From: a virus
Lineage: Duplodnaviria > Caudoviricetes
DNA length: 29,526 nucleotides
Direction: 5' to 3' (one strand)
Virus record (IMG/VR): IMGVR_UViG_3300048574_000064
Span: 1-29,526 of that record
Each line of letters starts with the position of its first letter. The first letter of the stretch is position 1. Shown in pieces: positions 7,619-16,340 of the stretch. The notes beneath the pieces were generated by a model that saw only the letters and a list, made by a program, of their open reading frames with translations, did not search any database and had not been told where the DNA came from. A program made the translations under genes and the position numbers.

Positions 7619-8284
7619 GTGCCATACTACATCGACAATCTTTCATTCTCGCTGGCTCTCGGCAATTGGGCAGCACAAAAACGACAAGCAATCAAAACTG
7701 AAACAAAAATCCCACCTATGCCCGATATTGTTGGCGAAGGTGTCTTGCTGATCGCCAGACATTTTGCCAACAAGCCCAACTTCCGCTACTATACCTACAT
7801 TGACGACATGGTGACCGAGGGTTTACTTGCTGTGGTCAAATACGGTCACAATTTCGACCTCACCAAGAGCAAGAACGGTCTGGCTTTCGTGACGCAAATT
7901 CTTCATAACGCTTTCGTCAAAGTCATCAAAGACGAGAAGGAACTCACATACCGCAAGATGGCCTTTGCCGAAACCTCAGATACAGTCCAACCCAAGACCC
8001 GGCAACGATACGCATCCGAAAATGCCGAGCACGAAAAATATGCAGCATGGAAACAACACAAACTCGACAAAGCCGCAATTTCAAAAACGAATCGAGAAAA
8101 GCGGAAGACCGAGACCAAAGAAAAACGGGCAGCAGCAAGCGGAACCATCACCACAGTTGCGCTGGTTCGTGAGTTCGTCTCGGCTGGAATCACTGACCCG
8201 AAAATCATCGCCGCAAAAACAGGCCGCAAACAAATGACAGTATATCAATCACTGCGTCGAGTCCAAAAAGAGATGGCAGCATAG
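7619..8284 (+). CDS. T4 gp55-like late-transcription sigma factor with basic linker and C-terminal HTH-like extension
   Basis: YIDN, IVGEGVLLIARHFANKPNFRYYTYIDDMVTEG, HNFDLTKSKNGLAFVTQILHNAFVKVIKDEK follow the gp55 pattern as I recall it (YVNN, IGxxxxxIAxxLSxxxNFxxY, MIxDG, HNFDxxKxKNPxAYxTQxxxxAFxxRIxKE). Confidence 0.85.
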   Translation: MPYYIDNLSFSLALGNWAAQKRQAIKTETKIPPMPDIVGEGVLLIARHFANKPNFRYYTYIDDMVTEGLLAVVKYGHNFDLTKSKNGLAFVTQILHNAFVKVIKDEKELTYRKMAFAETSDTVQPKTRQRYASENAEHEKYAAWKQHKLDKAAISKTNREKRKTETKEKRAAASGTITTVALVREFVSAGITDPKIIAAKTGRKQMTVYQSLRRVQKEMAA

Positions 8285-8315
8285 GAACAATAGTGCGTGC
8301 GTGATACATATTCGC

Positions 8316-8867
8316 ATGAAGAATGAATATTTGACCATCGGTGAGACGACCATCATTTATGTCGCCCACAAAGACGGCAGAGTTGACGAAGTGCTGATTG
8401 ACACGGCTGACTTTGAAATTGCCAATTCCATCCCCGGCACTTGGACGACAAGCAAGACTGGTCCGACATCAAGAAGCCCAATCTATTGCTACGCCAACAT
8501 CGCAGATGAAAACAACACCACCAGTAAGCAAAAGCGCAAGCCACGCCGGAACCTCTACCTACATCGCCTTTTGCATGGCGAACCGCAAGGAATGGACATC
8601 GACCACATCAACCGAAATGGTCTCGACAACAGACGTGCCAATTTGCGGGTGGTGACGACAGCCGACAATGTATCACGACGGGTGTTGTACAACGAGCCAG
8701 CCGTAAACAACACAACAACTGGAGTTCGCAACGTCAGCATCACACAGAGCGGAAAATATCAGGTGATGGTGTGCGGTGTCTATTACGGCTCATTTGACAC
8801 GATCACGGAAGCGGCCAAAGTTGCGGCTGATGCACGGATGGAAATCAACCGTAAGAAGGTCGCATAA
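8316..8867 (+). CDS. HNH homing endonuclease with C-terminal AP2-like domain
   Basis: LYLHRLL...IDHINRNGLDNRRANLR...N; TGVRNVS...YYGSFDTITEAA; start moved to ATG 8316, 5 nt after ATACATA. Confidence 0.9.
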   Translation: MKNEYLTIGETTIIYVAHKDGRVDEVLIDTADFEIANSIPGTWTTSKTGPTSRSPIYCYANIADENNTTSKQKRKPRRNLYLHRLLHGEPQGMDIDHINRNGLDNRRANLRVVTTADNVSRRVLYNEPAVNNTTTGVRNVSITQSGKYQVMVCGVYYGSFDTITEAAKVAADARMEINRKKVA

Positions 8868-8876
8868 ATACCTGCG

Positions 8877-9767
8877 GTGACGACAACAATGAAACCGCAA
8901 TCCATTCCATCCAATCCTTCAGTGCCAGACAAGGCGTACTACCCGGCAAGCGAACTCCAGACCGTCAGACGCTATAACCGTGATTCCTACTTCGCTGAGT
9001 TTGGCGAACAGGCTCCACCATTCGATTCCTCCAGACCGCCGAAGTTCTGGTTCGACTCAACAGCACTCGACAACCACGAACCAGATGAACGTCTCGCCTA
9101 CACGAAGCTCGTCTATGATGTCTTCGTTCCCTTCGACCTCAAGGCGTCGGAAGCGGCAACGGTCAACCTGCCGGGTGTGTATCAGTACCCTGCATACCAA
9201 GTCGAGCCAACACCAGCCGTTGTTTTGAGCGTGGTGAATTCGCCTGAGACTCCGATCAATGCCCGTCACCTGTCCAGCAAGGAAGACGCTGAAGCCATCG
9301 TCAGTGAGCTTGGAACGGCCTACAGCGAATCGAACTTGACTGATGGGCCGTACAGCGTCGATTGGCGTGGCGAGACCCGCAGATTCTATCAGGTGCGATT
9401 CAAGAACAACCTCTTGAACGTCGGCCAACTCCTGATCCTCAAGAACGCTGGTGGTGTCGGTGCGCCGGGTGCATGGAATCTTGATGGTGATGAACCGACA
9501 TGGACGCCAGCCTTACAAGAGACTGGCGAGAATGACCCACGGCCAGAGGTTCCGGTTCCAGTTCGGCGGCTGGCGAGTGTCGAGCGTCTGAGCGTGAATC
9601 CTTTCGGCGTGACCGTTTACCGCATGGACAGAGAGAGTCCGTACAATCCGAAGCCAGTTGTAGCGGTTGGCGGGTCAGGTGGCGGGTTGACGGCTGGACA
9701 GGAAGCTCTGCTCAACGAAATCAATCAGAACGTCTGGAAGGTCTTGAAGTTGATGGTGGGTGGATAA
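8877..9767 (+). CDS. Pro-rich hypothetical late protein
   Basis: 296-aa ORF; ATAAATA 6 nt before the GTG; no family recognised. Confidence 0.75.
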   Translation: MTTTMKPQSIPSNPSVPDKAYYPASELQTVRRYNRDSYFAEFGEQAPPFDSSRPPKFWFDSTALDNHEPDERLAYTKLVYDVFVPFDLKASEAATVNLPGVYQYPAYQVEPTPAVVLSVVNSPETPINARHLSSKEDAEAIVSELGTAYSESNLTDGPYSVDWRGETRRFYQVRFKNNLLNVGQLLILKNAGGVGAPGAWNLDGDEPTWTPALQETGENDPRPEVPVPVRRLASVERLSVNPFGVTVYRMDRESPYNPKPVVAVGGSGGGLTAGQEALLNEINQNVWKVLKLMVGG

Positions 9768-9776
9768 CCGGGCAAT

Positions 9777-10058
9777 TCAGCGGTTTCCGGCCCACAATTT
9801 CTGAGCAAACTGAAGCGTGAGGCCGAGACCATACGGGATGGCGAAATCCGCAATGGGTGGCACCCAAAACCACTCGTTGAGCACCTTCACAGGGACGACG
9901 AGAAACCCTATCAATCCAGCCAACCCTCCGACGATGAGAACAAGGGACGACCGCTGCTTTCGGAAAATCCATCCCAAAACGTAGACCACATTGCAGACGA
10001 TCCAAAGCAGAAAGAATGCAATGAGCGCAATCCCGAACACCCAACGAAGGTAGATCAT
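9777..10058 (-). CDS. Small multi-pass membrane protein (antisense moron)
   Basis: 93 aa from ATG 10058 with about 3 hydrophobic segments; fills the gap between two + strand genes. Confidence 0.65.
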   Translation of the reverse strand: MIYLRWVFGIALIAFFLLWIVCNVVYVLGWIFRKQRSSLVLIVGGLAGLIGFLVVPVKVLNEWFWVPPIADFAIPYGLGLTLQFAQKLWAGNR

Positions 10059-10122
10059 TCGACTTAATGACGAAGGGAGTGGCGCAAAAAGTCGGAACCG
10101 ATAAACGATTGGGGATGCAAAC

Positions 10123-10515
10123 ATGAAGCCGTGCCGTGTCAACAACTGTCCGAAGTACGCCACCGATCACGGCTACTGTGGCGACCACCAGAACAAGCAC
10201 CGACCTCCAGACCCACAGCAACAACGGAAGCGTGAGCTTGCGTGGAACAGACCCGGCCATCACCTATACAACACTTCACGCTGGCAACGCCTACGTGCCT
10301 CTGTGCTCATCCAAGAGCCACTGTGCCGCCTGTGCGTTGCCGATGGCGTGGTCTGTCTCGCCACTGAGGTTGACCACATCGAACCGCACAGAGGCGAAGA
10401 GGTTAAGTTCTGGTCGGGTCCATTCCAGCCGCTCTGCCGATCACATCACAACCAGAAGTCGGCAACCGAACGACAAGAGCGAATCAATCATTCAAATTCT
10501 GAGAGTGATAAATAA
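10123..10515 (+). CDS. Terminase-associated HNH endonuclease (HK97 gp74-like)
   Basis: KPCRVNNCP...GYCGDH, RWQRLR...PLCRLC, VDHIEPH, LCRSHHNQKS; directly upstream of terS. Confidence 0.92.
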   Translation: MKPCRVNNCPKYATDHGYCGDHQNKHRPPDPQQQRKRELAWNRPGHHLYNTSRWQRLRASVLIQEPLCRLCVADGVVCLATEVDHIEPHRGEEVKFWSGPFQPLCRSHHNQKSATERQERINHSNSESDK

Positions 10516-10616
10516 CATTGTCATTATGAATTGGCATCAGTGATTCGTCTCTCCCTATGTGGTGTCGTAGATAGGACTCGGATGGTCCCACTCCAACTGT
10601 TCGAGTCCTTTGGGGA

Positions 10617-10740
10617 TTGTCAAATAGGTACATCTGGCCTTGTCAAGTAGATACATCTAACACTGTCAGGGGATAGGGGCTTTAGAATCTAATACTTACG
10701 GGGAATAATACCGCACTCCGCTCACACGAAGGGGCGTTGA
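10617..10740. other. Probable cos/packaging region with 23-bp-period repeats
   Basis: Non-coding gap between HNH and terS; TGTCA at 10618, 10641 and 10664; G-rich GGGGATAGGGGC; exact cut site not determinable. Confidence 0.5.
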
Positions 10741-10763
10741 TATGTTTTAGGGTTTGACCTTTC

Positions 10764-11129
10764 ATGGCAAAGAAGACCATTTTCGCTGCACCAGAATTTC
10801 TTGACGAGACCGCAACAAACGAATGGAATCGCATTGTCTCAATTCTTGGAAGTAAGCTCACCGAATCCGATCTTGGCTCATTGACGGCGCTTTGTGCTGC
10901 CTATTCCCGATTGGTTGCTGCCCAAACCACACTACAAACAGAAGGGCAAATTGTTGTTTCAAAGACTGGTTGGTCAGCACCACATCCCTGCATCGGAATC
11001 GTCAACTCTGCAACCGATCAAATTGCACGCATTAGCAAAGAGTTCGGCCTGACACCTAATTCGAGGAAAAAATTCAAAGAACTCGAAGCCGACGCAACCA
11101 AGATCAAACGCAATACGTTGATTCGCTAA
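10764..11129 (+). CDS. terS: Terminase small subunit (P27 family)
   Basis: APEFLD..A..EWNRIV, LCAAYSRL, PHPCI, EFGLTPNSR. Confidence 0.93.
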   Translation: MAKKTIFAAPEFLDETATNEWNRIVSILGSKLTESDLGSLTALCAAYSRLVAAQTTLQTEGQIVVSKTGWSAPHPCIGIVNSATDQIARISKEFGLTPNSRKKFKELEADATKIKRNTLIR

Positions 11130-11144
11130 CTCACAGAAAGGATA

Positions 11145-12734
11145 ATGCCATACGACCAATCCAAAGCAGACCGTGTAATTCAATTCGCTGAAATGTATGG
11201 CGTACATAGCAAGGGTCCGCTTGCAGGACAGCCGTTGAAGTTGGCCGATTGGCAAAAGAGAGACATTATTGAACCTCTGTTTGGCACTGTCGATGAAAAT
11301 GGCCTTCGACAGTATAAGCAGGGTCTCATTTTCATGCCAAGGAAGCAGGGCAAGAGCTTTCTGTCTTCGGCTCTGTCCCTCTACATGCTCTTGGGCGATG
11401 GTGAATCGGGCGCTGAAGTCTACACTGTTGCCAGAGACAGAAGCCAAGCTGCAATCGTCTTCAACCAGACGGCTCAGTTCATCAAAGCCAGTCCAGAATT
11501 AAGCAAGCTCTGTCGCATCATAGACTCAACAAAACGAGTTCTCTACAAAGACCGTGTTTTGCGGGTGCTGAGTTCTGATGCCTCTTCAGCGATGGGATTG
11601 AACCCAAGCTGCTGCATCATGGACGAGATTGCCTTCTGGCCTGACCGAGACCTCTATGACGCACTCGTTTCAGCGACCAAGGCACGCAAACAGCCGCTCA
11701 TCCTCTCCATCACAACGGCATCGAACGACGTTTACGGCATCGGCAGAGAGCTTTACGACTACGCCAAGGACGTTCGGAACGGCATCAAGATTGACCCTCG
11801 ATTCTTCTCTTACATCCGTGAGGCACCCATTGACGCCGATGTCACTGACCGCAAGGTGTGGACACTGGCGAATCCCGGCATGGGCACTGCTGACGAAGTG
11901 GCTTCCGGCAAGGCGCTCTTTCCAATCACGGCTATAGAAGACGAGTTCGTACAGGCACTCAACGAACCTTCGGCCATGCTCCGTTTTCGGATGCTCACGC
12001 TGAATCAATGGGTGACGGAGCAAGAGACACCATACATTCCGCTGTCGAAGTGGGATGCGTGCTCAGAGCCTCTTCCAGACCTCGCCAACGCAACTTGCTA
12101 CGCCGGGTTGGACCTGTCGCAGAAGATGGACCTGACGGCCTTCTCAATGGTTTTTCCGCAGGGCGAAGGATTTGCAGTGAAGACCCATTTTTGGATGCCA
12201 GCAGAAGGTATCCGGGAGCGTGAGATCAAGGACCGGGCTCCATATTCGCAGTGGGCGCAAAAGGGATTCATCACCCTCATTCCTGGTCCGGTCGTGAAGA
12301 ACAGTTTCGTCATTACCAAGATTCTGGAGTTCGCCAAGGAACACAACATTCGTGAGGTCGCCTTTGACCGCTATGGCGCTGTCGATGTCGTTTCGGAACT
12401 TGAAGCCAATGGCCTGACTGTCGTTGAGTTCGGCCAAGGCTTCCTCTCCATGTCACATCCAACGAAAAGCCTTCGGGAACTCGTGTACTCGATGCAAATC
12501 ATTCATGGCGGCAATCCCGTACTGCGCTGGAACATCTCATGTGCTCACACGGTCAGTGATGCTGCCGCAAATATCAAAGTCGTCAAACAGGACAAGCGCA
12601 AGAACTACAACCGCATTGATGGCGTTATCACAACGATCATGGGTCTTGACCGTGCAATGAGACACAACCATCAGCCGCAAAACAAGCCTGATCTGAGCGA
12701 CTTCATAAATAGTCCTCTGGTGTTTACATTCTGA
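11145..12734 (+). CDS. terL: Terminase large subunit
   Basis: LADWQ, Walker A PRKQGKS, Walker B CIMDE, ITTA, GLDLSQKMDLTA, RIDG. Confidence 0.97.
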   Translation: MPYDQSKADRVIQFAEMYGVHSKGPLAGQPLKLADWQKRDIIEPLFGTVDENGLRQYKQGLIFMPRKQGKSFLSSALSLYMLLGDGESGAEVYTVARDRSQAAIVFNQTAQFIKASPELSKLCRIIDSTKRVLYKDRVLRVLSSDASSAMGLNPSCCIMDEIAFWPDRDLYDALVSATKARKQPLILSITTASNDVYGIGRELYDYAKDVRNGIKIDPRFFSYIREAPIDADVTDRKVWTLANPGMGTADEVASGKALFPITAIEDEFVQALNEPSAMLRFRMLTLNQWVTEQETPYIPLSKWDACSEPLPDLANATCYAGLDLSQKMDLTAFSMVFPQGEGFAVKTHFWMPAEGIREREIKDRAPYSQWAQKGFITLIPGPVVKNSFVITKILEFAKEHNIREVAFDRYGAVDVVSELEANGLTVVEFGQGFLSMSHPTKSLRELVYSMQIIHGGNPVLRWNISCAHTVSDAAANIKVVKQDKRKNYNRIDGVITTIMGLDRAMRHNHQPQNKPDLSDFINSPLVFTF

Positions 12735-13945
12735 TGGGTATTCTACAGCTAATCTCGAAGTTCTTGCCATTTTCGTTGGGTGATCCGACTACGCAATATA
12801 CAAGTCTGAACATCGGTGACACTTTTGTCGGCAAGGTGATTGATGAACGTAGTTCCATTGGCATCACGAGCGTATGGTCTGCCGTCCGTCTGATCGCTGA
12901 AACTGGTGGCTCTCTTCCGCTTCATTTCTACGAGCGTTCCAAAGACAACAGTGCGACACGCATTTTTCACCCATTGGACAACCTGCTGGCGAATGAGCCG
13001 AATGCCTACATGACATCGGCTGAATTTTGGGAATGCATGTTTGCGTCTCTTGCTCTGTGGGGCAATGCCTACGCTCTCAAAGAGACGAACACCCTTGGTC
13101 AAGTCATTTCACTCATGCCAATTGCGCCAAATCGCATGACTGTCGCTCGATTCCCTGACCGGATTGAGTACAGGGTTGCCGGGACCACTCAGACAGCCGT
13201 ATTCACGCCAGAGCAAATTTTCCATCTGAAGCTCTTTTCGTTTGATGGGCTGGTCGGCATCTCTCCGATTGCCGCATGTCGTCAAGCATTGGGCCTGTCT
13301 GTGGCTGCTGAAGAGTTTGGTGCTCGTTACTTCGGCTCTGGCGCAAGACCATCAGGCTTCCTGACCACGGATCAGGTGCTCACGCCAGAACAGAGGAACG
13401 CACTCAAGGAAACTTTCTCGTCTGCCAACGCCGGGTTGAGCAATGCACACAAGATTGCAGTTCTTGAAGCTGGTTTCAAATTCGATGCGTTGACCATACC
13501 GAACTCAGATGGTCAGTTCATTGAGTCCCGAAAGTTTTCTGTTGAGGAAGTCGCCAGAATCTTCAGGGTTCCGCCGCATCTCATCATGGATTTGAGCCAT
13601 GCCACGTTTTCCAATGTTGAAAATTTGAGCCTTCAGTTCGTCACCTATTCACTTCGCCCATATTTGGTGAAGGCAGAGGCGGCAATTCGACGGTCTCTGT
13701 TGAGTCCAGCCGAAAAGGCAAGAATCTTCGCTGAATTTTCTGTTGAAGGTCTTTTGAGAGGCGATCAGGCTTCAAGATCGGAGTTCTACAACAAATTGTT
13801 TCAAATTGGTGCGCTGTCGCCAAATGAGATCAGACGGCTTGAGCGATTGCCAACTTACGAAGGTGGTGACGAACACTTTGTACAGGTGAACATGGCGACG
13901 GTCAAGCAAATCGCAAGCCAAAGAACTCAAGTGATAAATAACTAA
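12734..13945 (+). CDS. Portal protein, HK97 family
   Basis: VWSAVRLIAE, PNAYMT, LWGNAY, GISPI, IFRVPPHLI, SPNEIRRLE. Confidence 0.97.
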   Translation: MGILQLISKFLPFSLGDPTTQYTSLNIGDTFVGKVIDERSSIGITSVWSAVRLIAETGGSLPLHFYERSKDNSATRIFHPLDNLLANEPNAYMTSAEFWECMFASLALWGNAYALKETNTLGQVISLMPIAPNRMTVARFPDRIEYRVAGTTQTAVFTPEQIFHLKLFSFDGLVGISPIAACRQALGLSVAAEEFGARYFGSGARPSGFLTTDQVLTPEQRNALKETFSSANAGLSNAHKIAVLEAGFKFDALTIPNSDGQFIESRKFSVEEVARIFRVPPHLIMDLSHATFSNVENLSLQFVTYSLRPYLVKAEAAIRRSLLSPAEKARIFAEFSVEGLLRGDQASRSEFYNKLFQIGALSPNEIRRLERLPTYEGGDEHFVQVNMATVKQIASQRTQVINN

Positions 13946-13946
13946 C

Positions 13947-14579
13947 GTGATGGAACGCAAGCATCTTACATTTCGATTGGACATCAAGGCCGAACCAGCC
14001 GAAGACGGAACTTTCACAGGCTATGCGGCGGTCTTTGGCAATGTTGATGCCGTCAATGATGTTGTGTTGCCGGGTGCCTTCACCAATACGCTGAAGAATC
14101 GCACGAATCCGTTCCCGCTTTGCTATGAGCACGACACCACCGAAGTGATTGGAGTGTGTGAGGAGATCACCGAAGACGAGAACGGCTTACTGGTGAAGTG
14201 CCGATTAGCCATCAAGACCGAAGATGGCCTCAAAGCATACGAATTGCTGAAAATGAAAGCCATCACAGGTTTAAGCATTGGCTATGCCGTGCCTCCAACC
14301 GGGGCGATCTGGAAAGACGGTATTCGGCAACTGAAGGAAATTGAGCTATACGAAGTTTCACTTGTGCTCTTTCCCGCAAACGAACAGGCCACAGTCACAG
14401 CAGTCAAGTCCGATGACATGGACGAAAGGAAATTGGAACGAATCTTGCGTGATGCCGGATTCTCCGCAAAAGAAGCCAAGACGGTCATCAGTCAAGGTTT
14501 CAAGTCGCTGAAGGCGCAACGGGATGTTGACGACGCAGTGAAGTTGTTGGAAGAAATCACAAAACTCTATCGGGGCTAA
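13947..14579 (+). CDS. Prohead protease, HK97 family
   Basis: FTGYAAVFGNVD, YEHD, GLSIGY, LYEVSLVLFPAN. Confidence 0.95.
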   Translation: MMERKHLTFRLDIKAEPAEDGTFTGYAAVFGNVDAVNDVVLPGAFTNTLKNRTNPFPLCYEHDTTEVIGVCEEITEDENGLLVKCRLAIKTEDGLKAYELLKMKAITGLSIGYAVPPTGAIWKDGIRQLKEIELYEVSLVLFPANEQATVTAVKSDDMDERKLERILRDAGFSAKEAKTVISQGFKSLKAQRDVDDAVKLLEEITKLYRG

Positions 14580-14597
14580 GAGTGCTCCAGAAAGGAA

Positions 14598-15719
14598 ATG
14601 GAAAATCAAGAAATTCTCAACCAAATCAAGACCCTGCATCAAGAGATGAAAGGCGTCTACGATCAACAGTTCGCAGAGATCAAAGCAAATGGCTTCGTCT
14701 CGCCTGAACTGAAGAGCAAATTTGAAAAGATGGAAGCCGACCAGAACCAGCTAATCAGCCGGGTCACTTCGCTTGAACAGAAGGGCATCAAGCCAATGGG
14801 TTCCGACAAGATCGAAACAAAGTCGGCTGGTGCTCAGTTTGTTGAGTCCGACAGCTTCCGTCAGATGGCCGAAGGCAAGTCCCGCAACGCCATCGCAGAA
14901 GTGAAGGCGACGTTCACCAGTCCGTCAATGGTCGCTCCGCAGATGGCCGCTCCAGTTGGCGCAAACATCTTCGCCTACAAGCTGCGTTCATACCTGCCGA
15001 CGATTCCGGTCCAGTCTGACGTATACAAGGTTCCTCAAGAGACCGCCTACACCAATAACGCAGGGCCGAAAGCCTATGGTGCGACTGGCAACGAATCGAC
15101 GCTCACAATCACGATGGTTGACGCCAACGTGCGGACCATCAGCCACTACACCAACGTCGCCAAGGAACTTCTGGTTGACTCGACTGCCTTTGCTGCATTC
15201 GTAGACAGCCGCATGACTTGGGGCTTGCAGGGTGCTGAAGAAGGCCAGTTGCTCATCGGTGACGGCACTGGCAACAACATCAAGGGCCTTGTCACATACG
15301 CAACCTCGAAGACCTTCACAACCGAATCCATGATTGACCGCATTGGCCTTTCCATTGGTGACGTTCTGAAGACCGGACATGCGCCTTCCTTCGTCGTGCT
15401 GAACCCTGCCGACTATGCCACCATCATGACCGCCAAGGCTTCGACGGCTGGCACGTATCTGTTGGGCAATCCTGCCTTCGGCTTCTCTCCAACCATTTGG
15501 GGCGTTGCCGTGTTGCCTTCCTCGAAACTCACGGCGAACAACTTCCTTGTGGGCGCATCTTCGGCGGCGGCTGTGGCTGAACGGCAAGGTGCTGTGGTGT
15601 CGCTCTCGTTTGAAAATGCCAGCAACTTCACATCTGGCATCGTGACGGTTCAGGCCGAACAGCGTGAAACTCTCGCTGTCTATGCGCCGGGTGCTTTCGT
15701 AACTGGCCTGTTGAGCTAA
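14598..15719 (+). CDS. Major capsid protein, HK97 family, with N-terminal coiled-coil delta domain
   Basis: Position after protease; EEGQLLIGDGTGNNIKGL, VLNPADY, IWGVAV; SD AGAAAGGA. Confidence 0.95.
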   Translation: MENQEILNQIKTLHQEMKGVYDQQFAEIKANGFVSPELKSKFEKMEADQNQLISRVTSLEQKGIKPMGSDKIETKSAGAQFVESDSFRQMAEGKSRNAIAEVKATFTSPSMVAPQMAAPVGANIFAYKLRSYLPTIPVQSDVYKVPQETAYTNNAGPKAYGATGNESTLTITMVDANVRTISHYTNVAKELLVDSTAFAAFVDSRMTWGLQGAEEGQLLIGDGTGNNIKGLVTYATSKTFTTESMIDRIGLSIGDVLKTGHAPSFVVLNPADYATIMTAKASTAGTYLLGNPAFGFSPTIWGVAVLPSSKLTANNFLVGASSAAAVAERQGAVVSLSFENASNFTSGIVTVQAEQRETLAVYAPGAFVTGLLS

Positions 15720-15731
15720 CCCTTTCACGTC

Positions 15732-15763
15732 GGGTGGGGCATCTTCATTGGTGTCCCACTTTT
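15732..15763 (+). terminator. Intrinsic terminator-like hairpin after the capsid gene
   Basis: GGGTGGGGCATC-TTCATT-GGTGTCCCACTT with a short T run. Confidence 0.65.
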
Positions 15764-15770
15764 CATCCAT

Positions 15771-15959
15771 ATGCAAATCAAAGCTACAAAACCGTTTCTT
15801 GGCTCAGTTGAGGGTGTCATCACCACAAATCAAGTGTTTGATGCAACCGACGCCAGAGCGAAGGAACTCATTGACATCGGCCTTGCCGTCTTTTACACAC
15901 CTGTTGAAGAGAGAAAGGTAGTCGCACCAGTTCAAGAGACCAAGAAGAAGACAAAGTAG
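15771..15959 (+). CDS. Small post-capsid phage protein
   Basis: 62 aa, RAKELIDIGLA motif, basic tail; usual position after the capsid gene. Confidence 0.75.
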   Translation: MQIKATKPFLGSVEGVITTNQVFDATDARAKELIDIGLAVFYTPVEERKVVAPVQETKKKTK

Positions 15960-15974
15960 TAACCACAACTAACG

Positions 15975-16340
15975 ATGAACGGCTTGACGTATATTTCGGG
16001 TCCGAGTGTTGAACCAATTGATTTGGTGCTGGCAAAGGCGCATCTACGAGTGCTCGACACAGCAGATGATTCATACATCACTCATCTAATTACAGCATCT
16101 CGACTGGCCGCAGAAAAGTATATCAATCAAGCCATCGGTTCACAAATGTGGAAAGATGCCGACAACCAAACTCTTACCATCGGCCTTGATCCGGTTCCGT
16201 CTGACATCAAAGCTGCAATGTTGCTGACCATCGGACACCTTTACGCCAATCGGGAATCAGTGACCATCGGCTCAACTCAGGGTCACGAATTGCCATTGGG
16301 CGTCAAGCATTTGCTTCAACCATATCGGGTGTACTCATGA
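15975..16340 (+). CDS. Head-tail connector (HK97 gp6-like)
   Basis: EPIDL..AKAHLRV...DDSYI, VPSDIKAAMLLTIGHLYANRE, LLQPYR. Confidence 0.93.
   Translation: MNGLTYISGPSVEPIDLVLAKAHLRVLDTADDSYITHLITASRLAAEKYINQAIGSQMWKDADNQTLTIGLDPVPSDIKAAMLLTIGHLYANRESVTIGSTQGHELPLGVKHLLQPYRVYS

Noticed and set aside
10553-10616. tRNA-like element (GTTCGAGTCC T-loop-like motif)
   Set aside because: T stem does not pair, no D or anticodon arm, no CCA; a single long hairpin explains it better
10618-10646. Two perfect TTGACA -35 boxes on the - strand
   Set aside because: No acceptable -10 at 16-18 bp from either; treated as part of the 23-bp repeat
14988-15776. Long antisense ORFs (also 21488-22333, 26224-26823, 18755-19297)
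   Set aside because: Shadows of well-supported structural genes on the opposite strand
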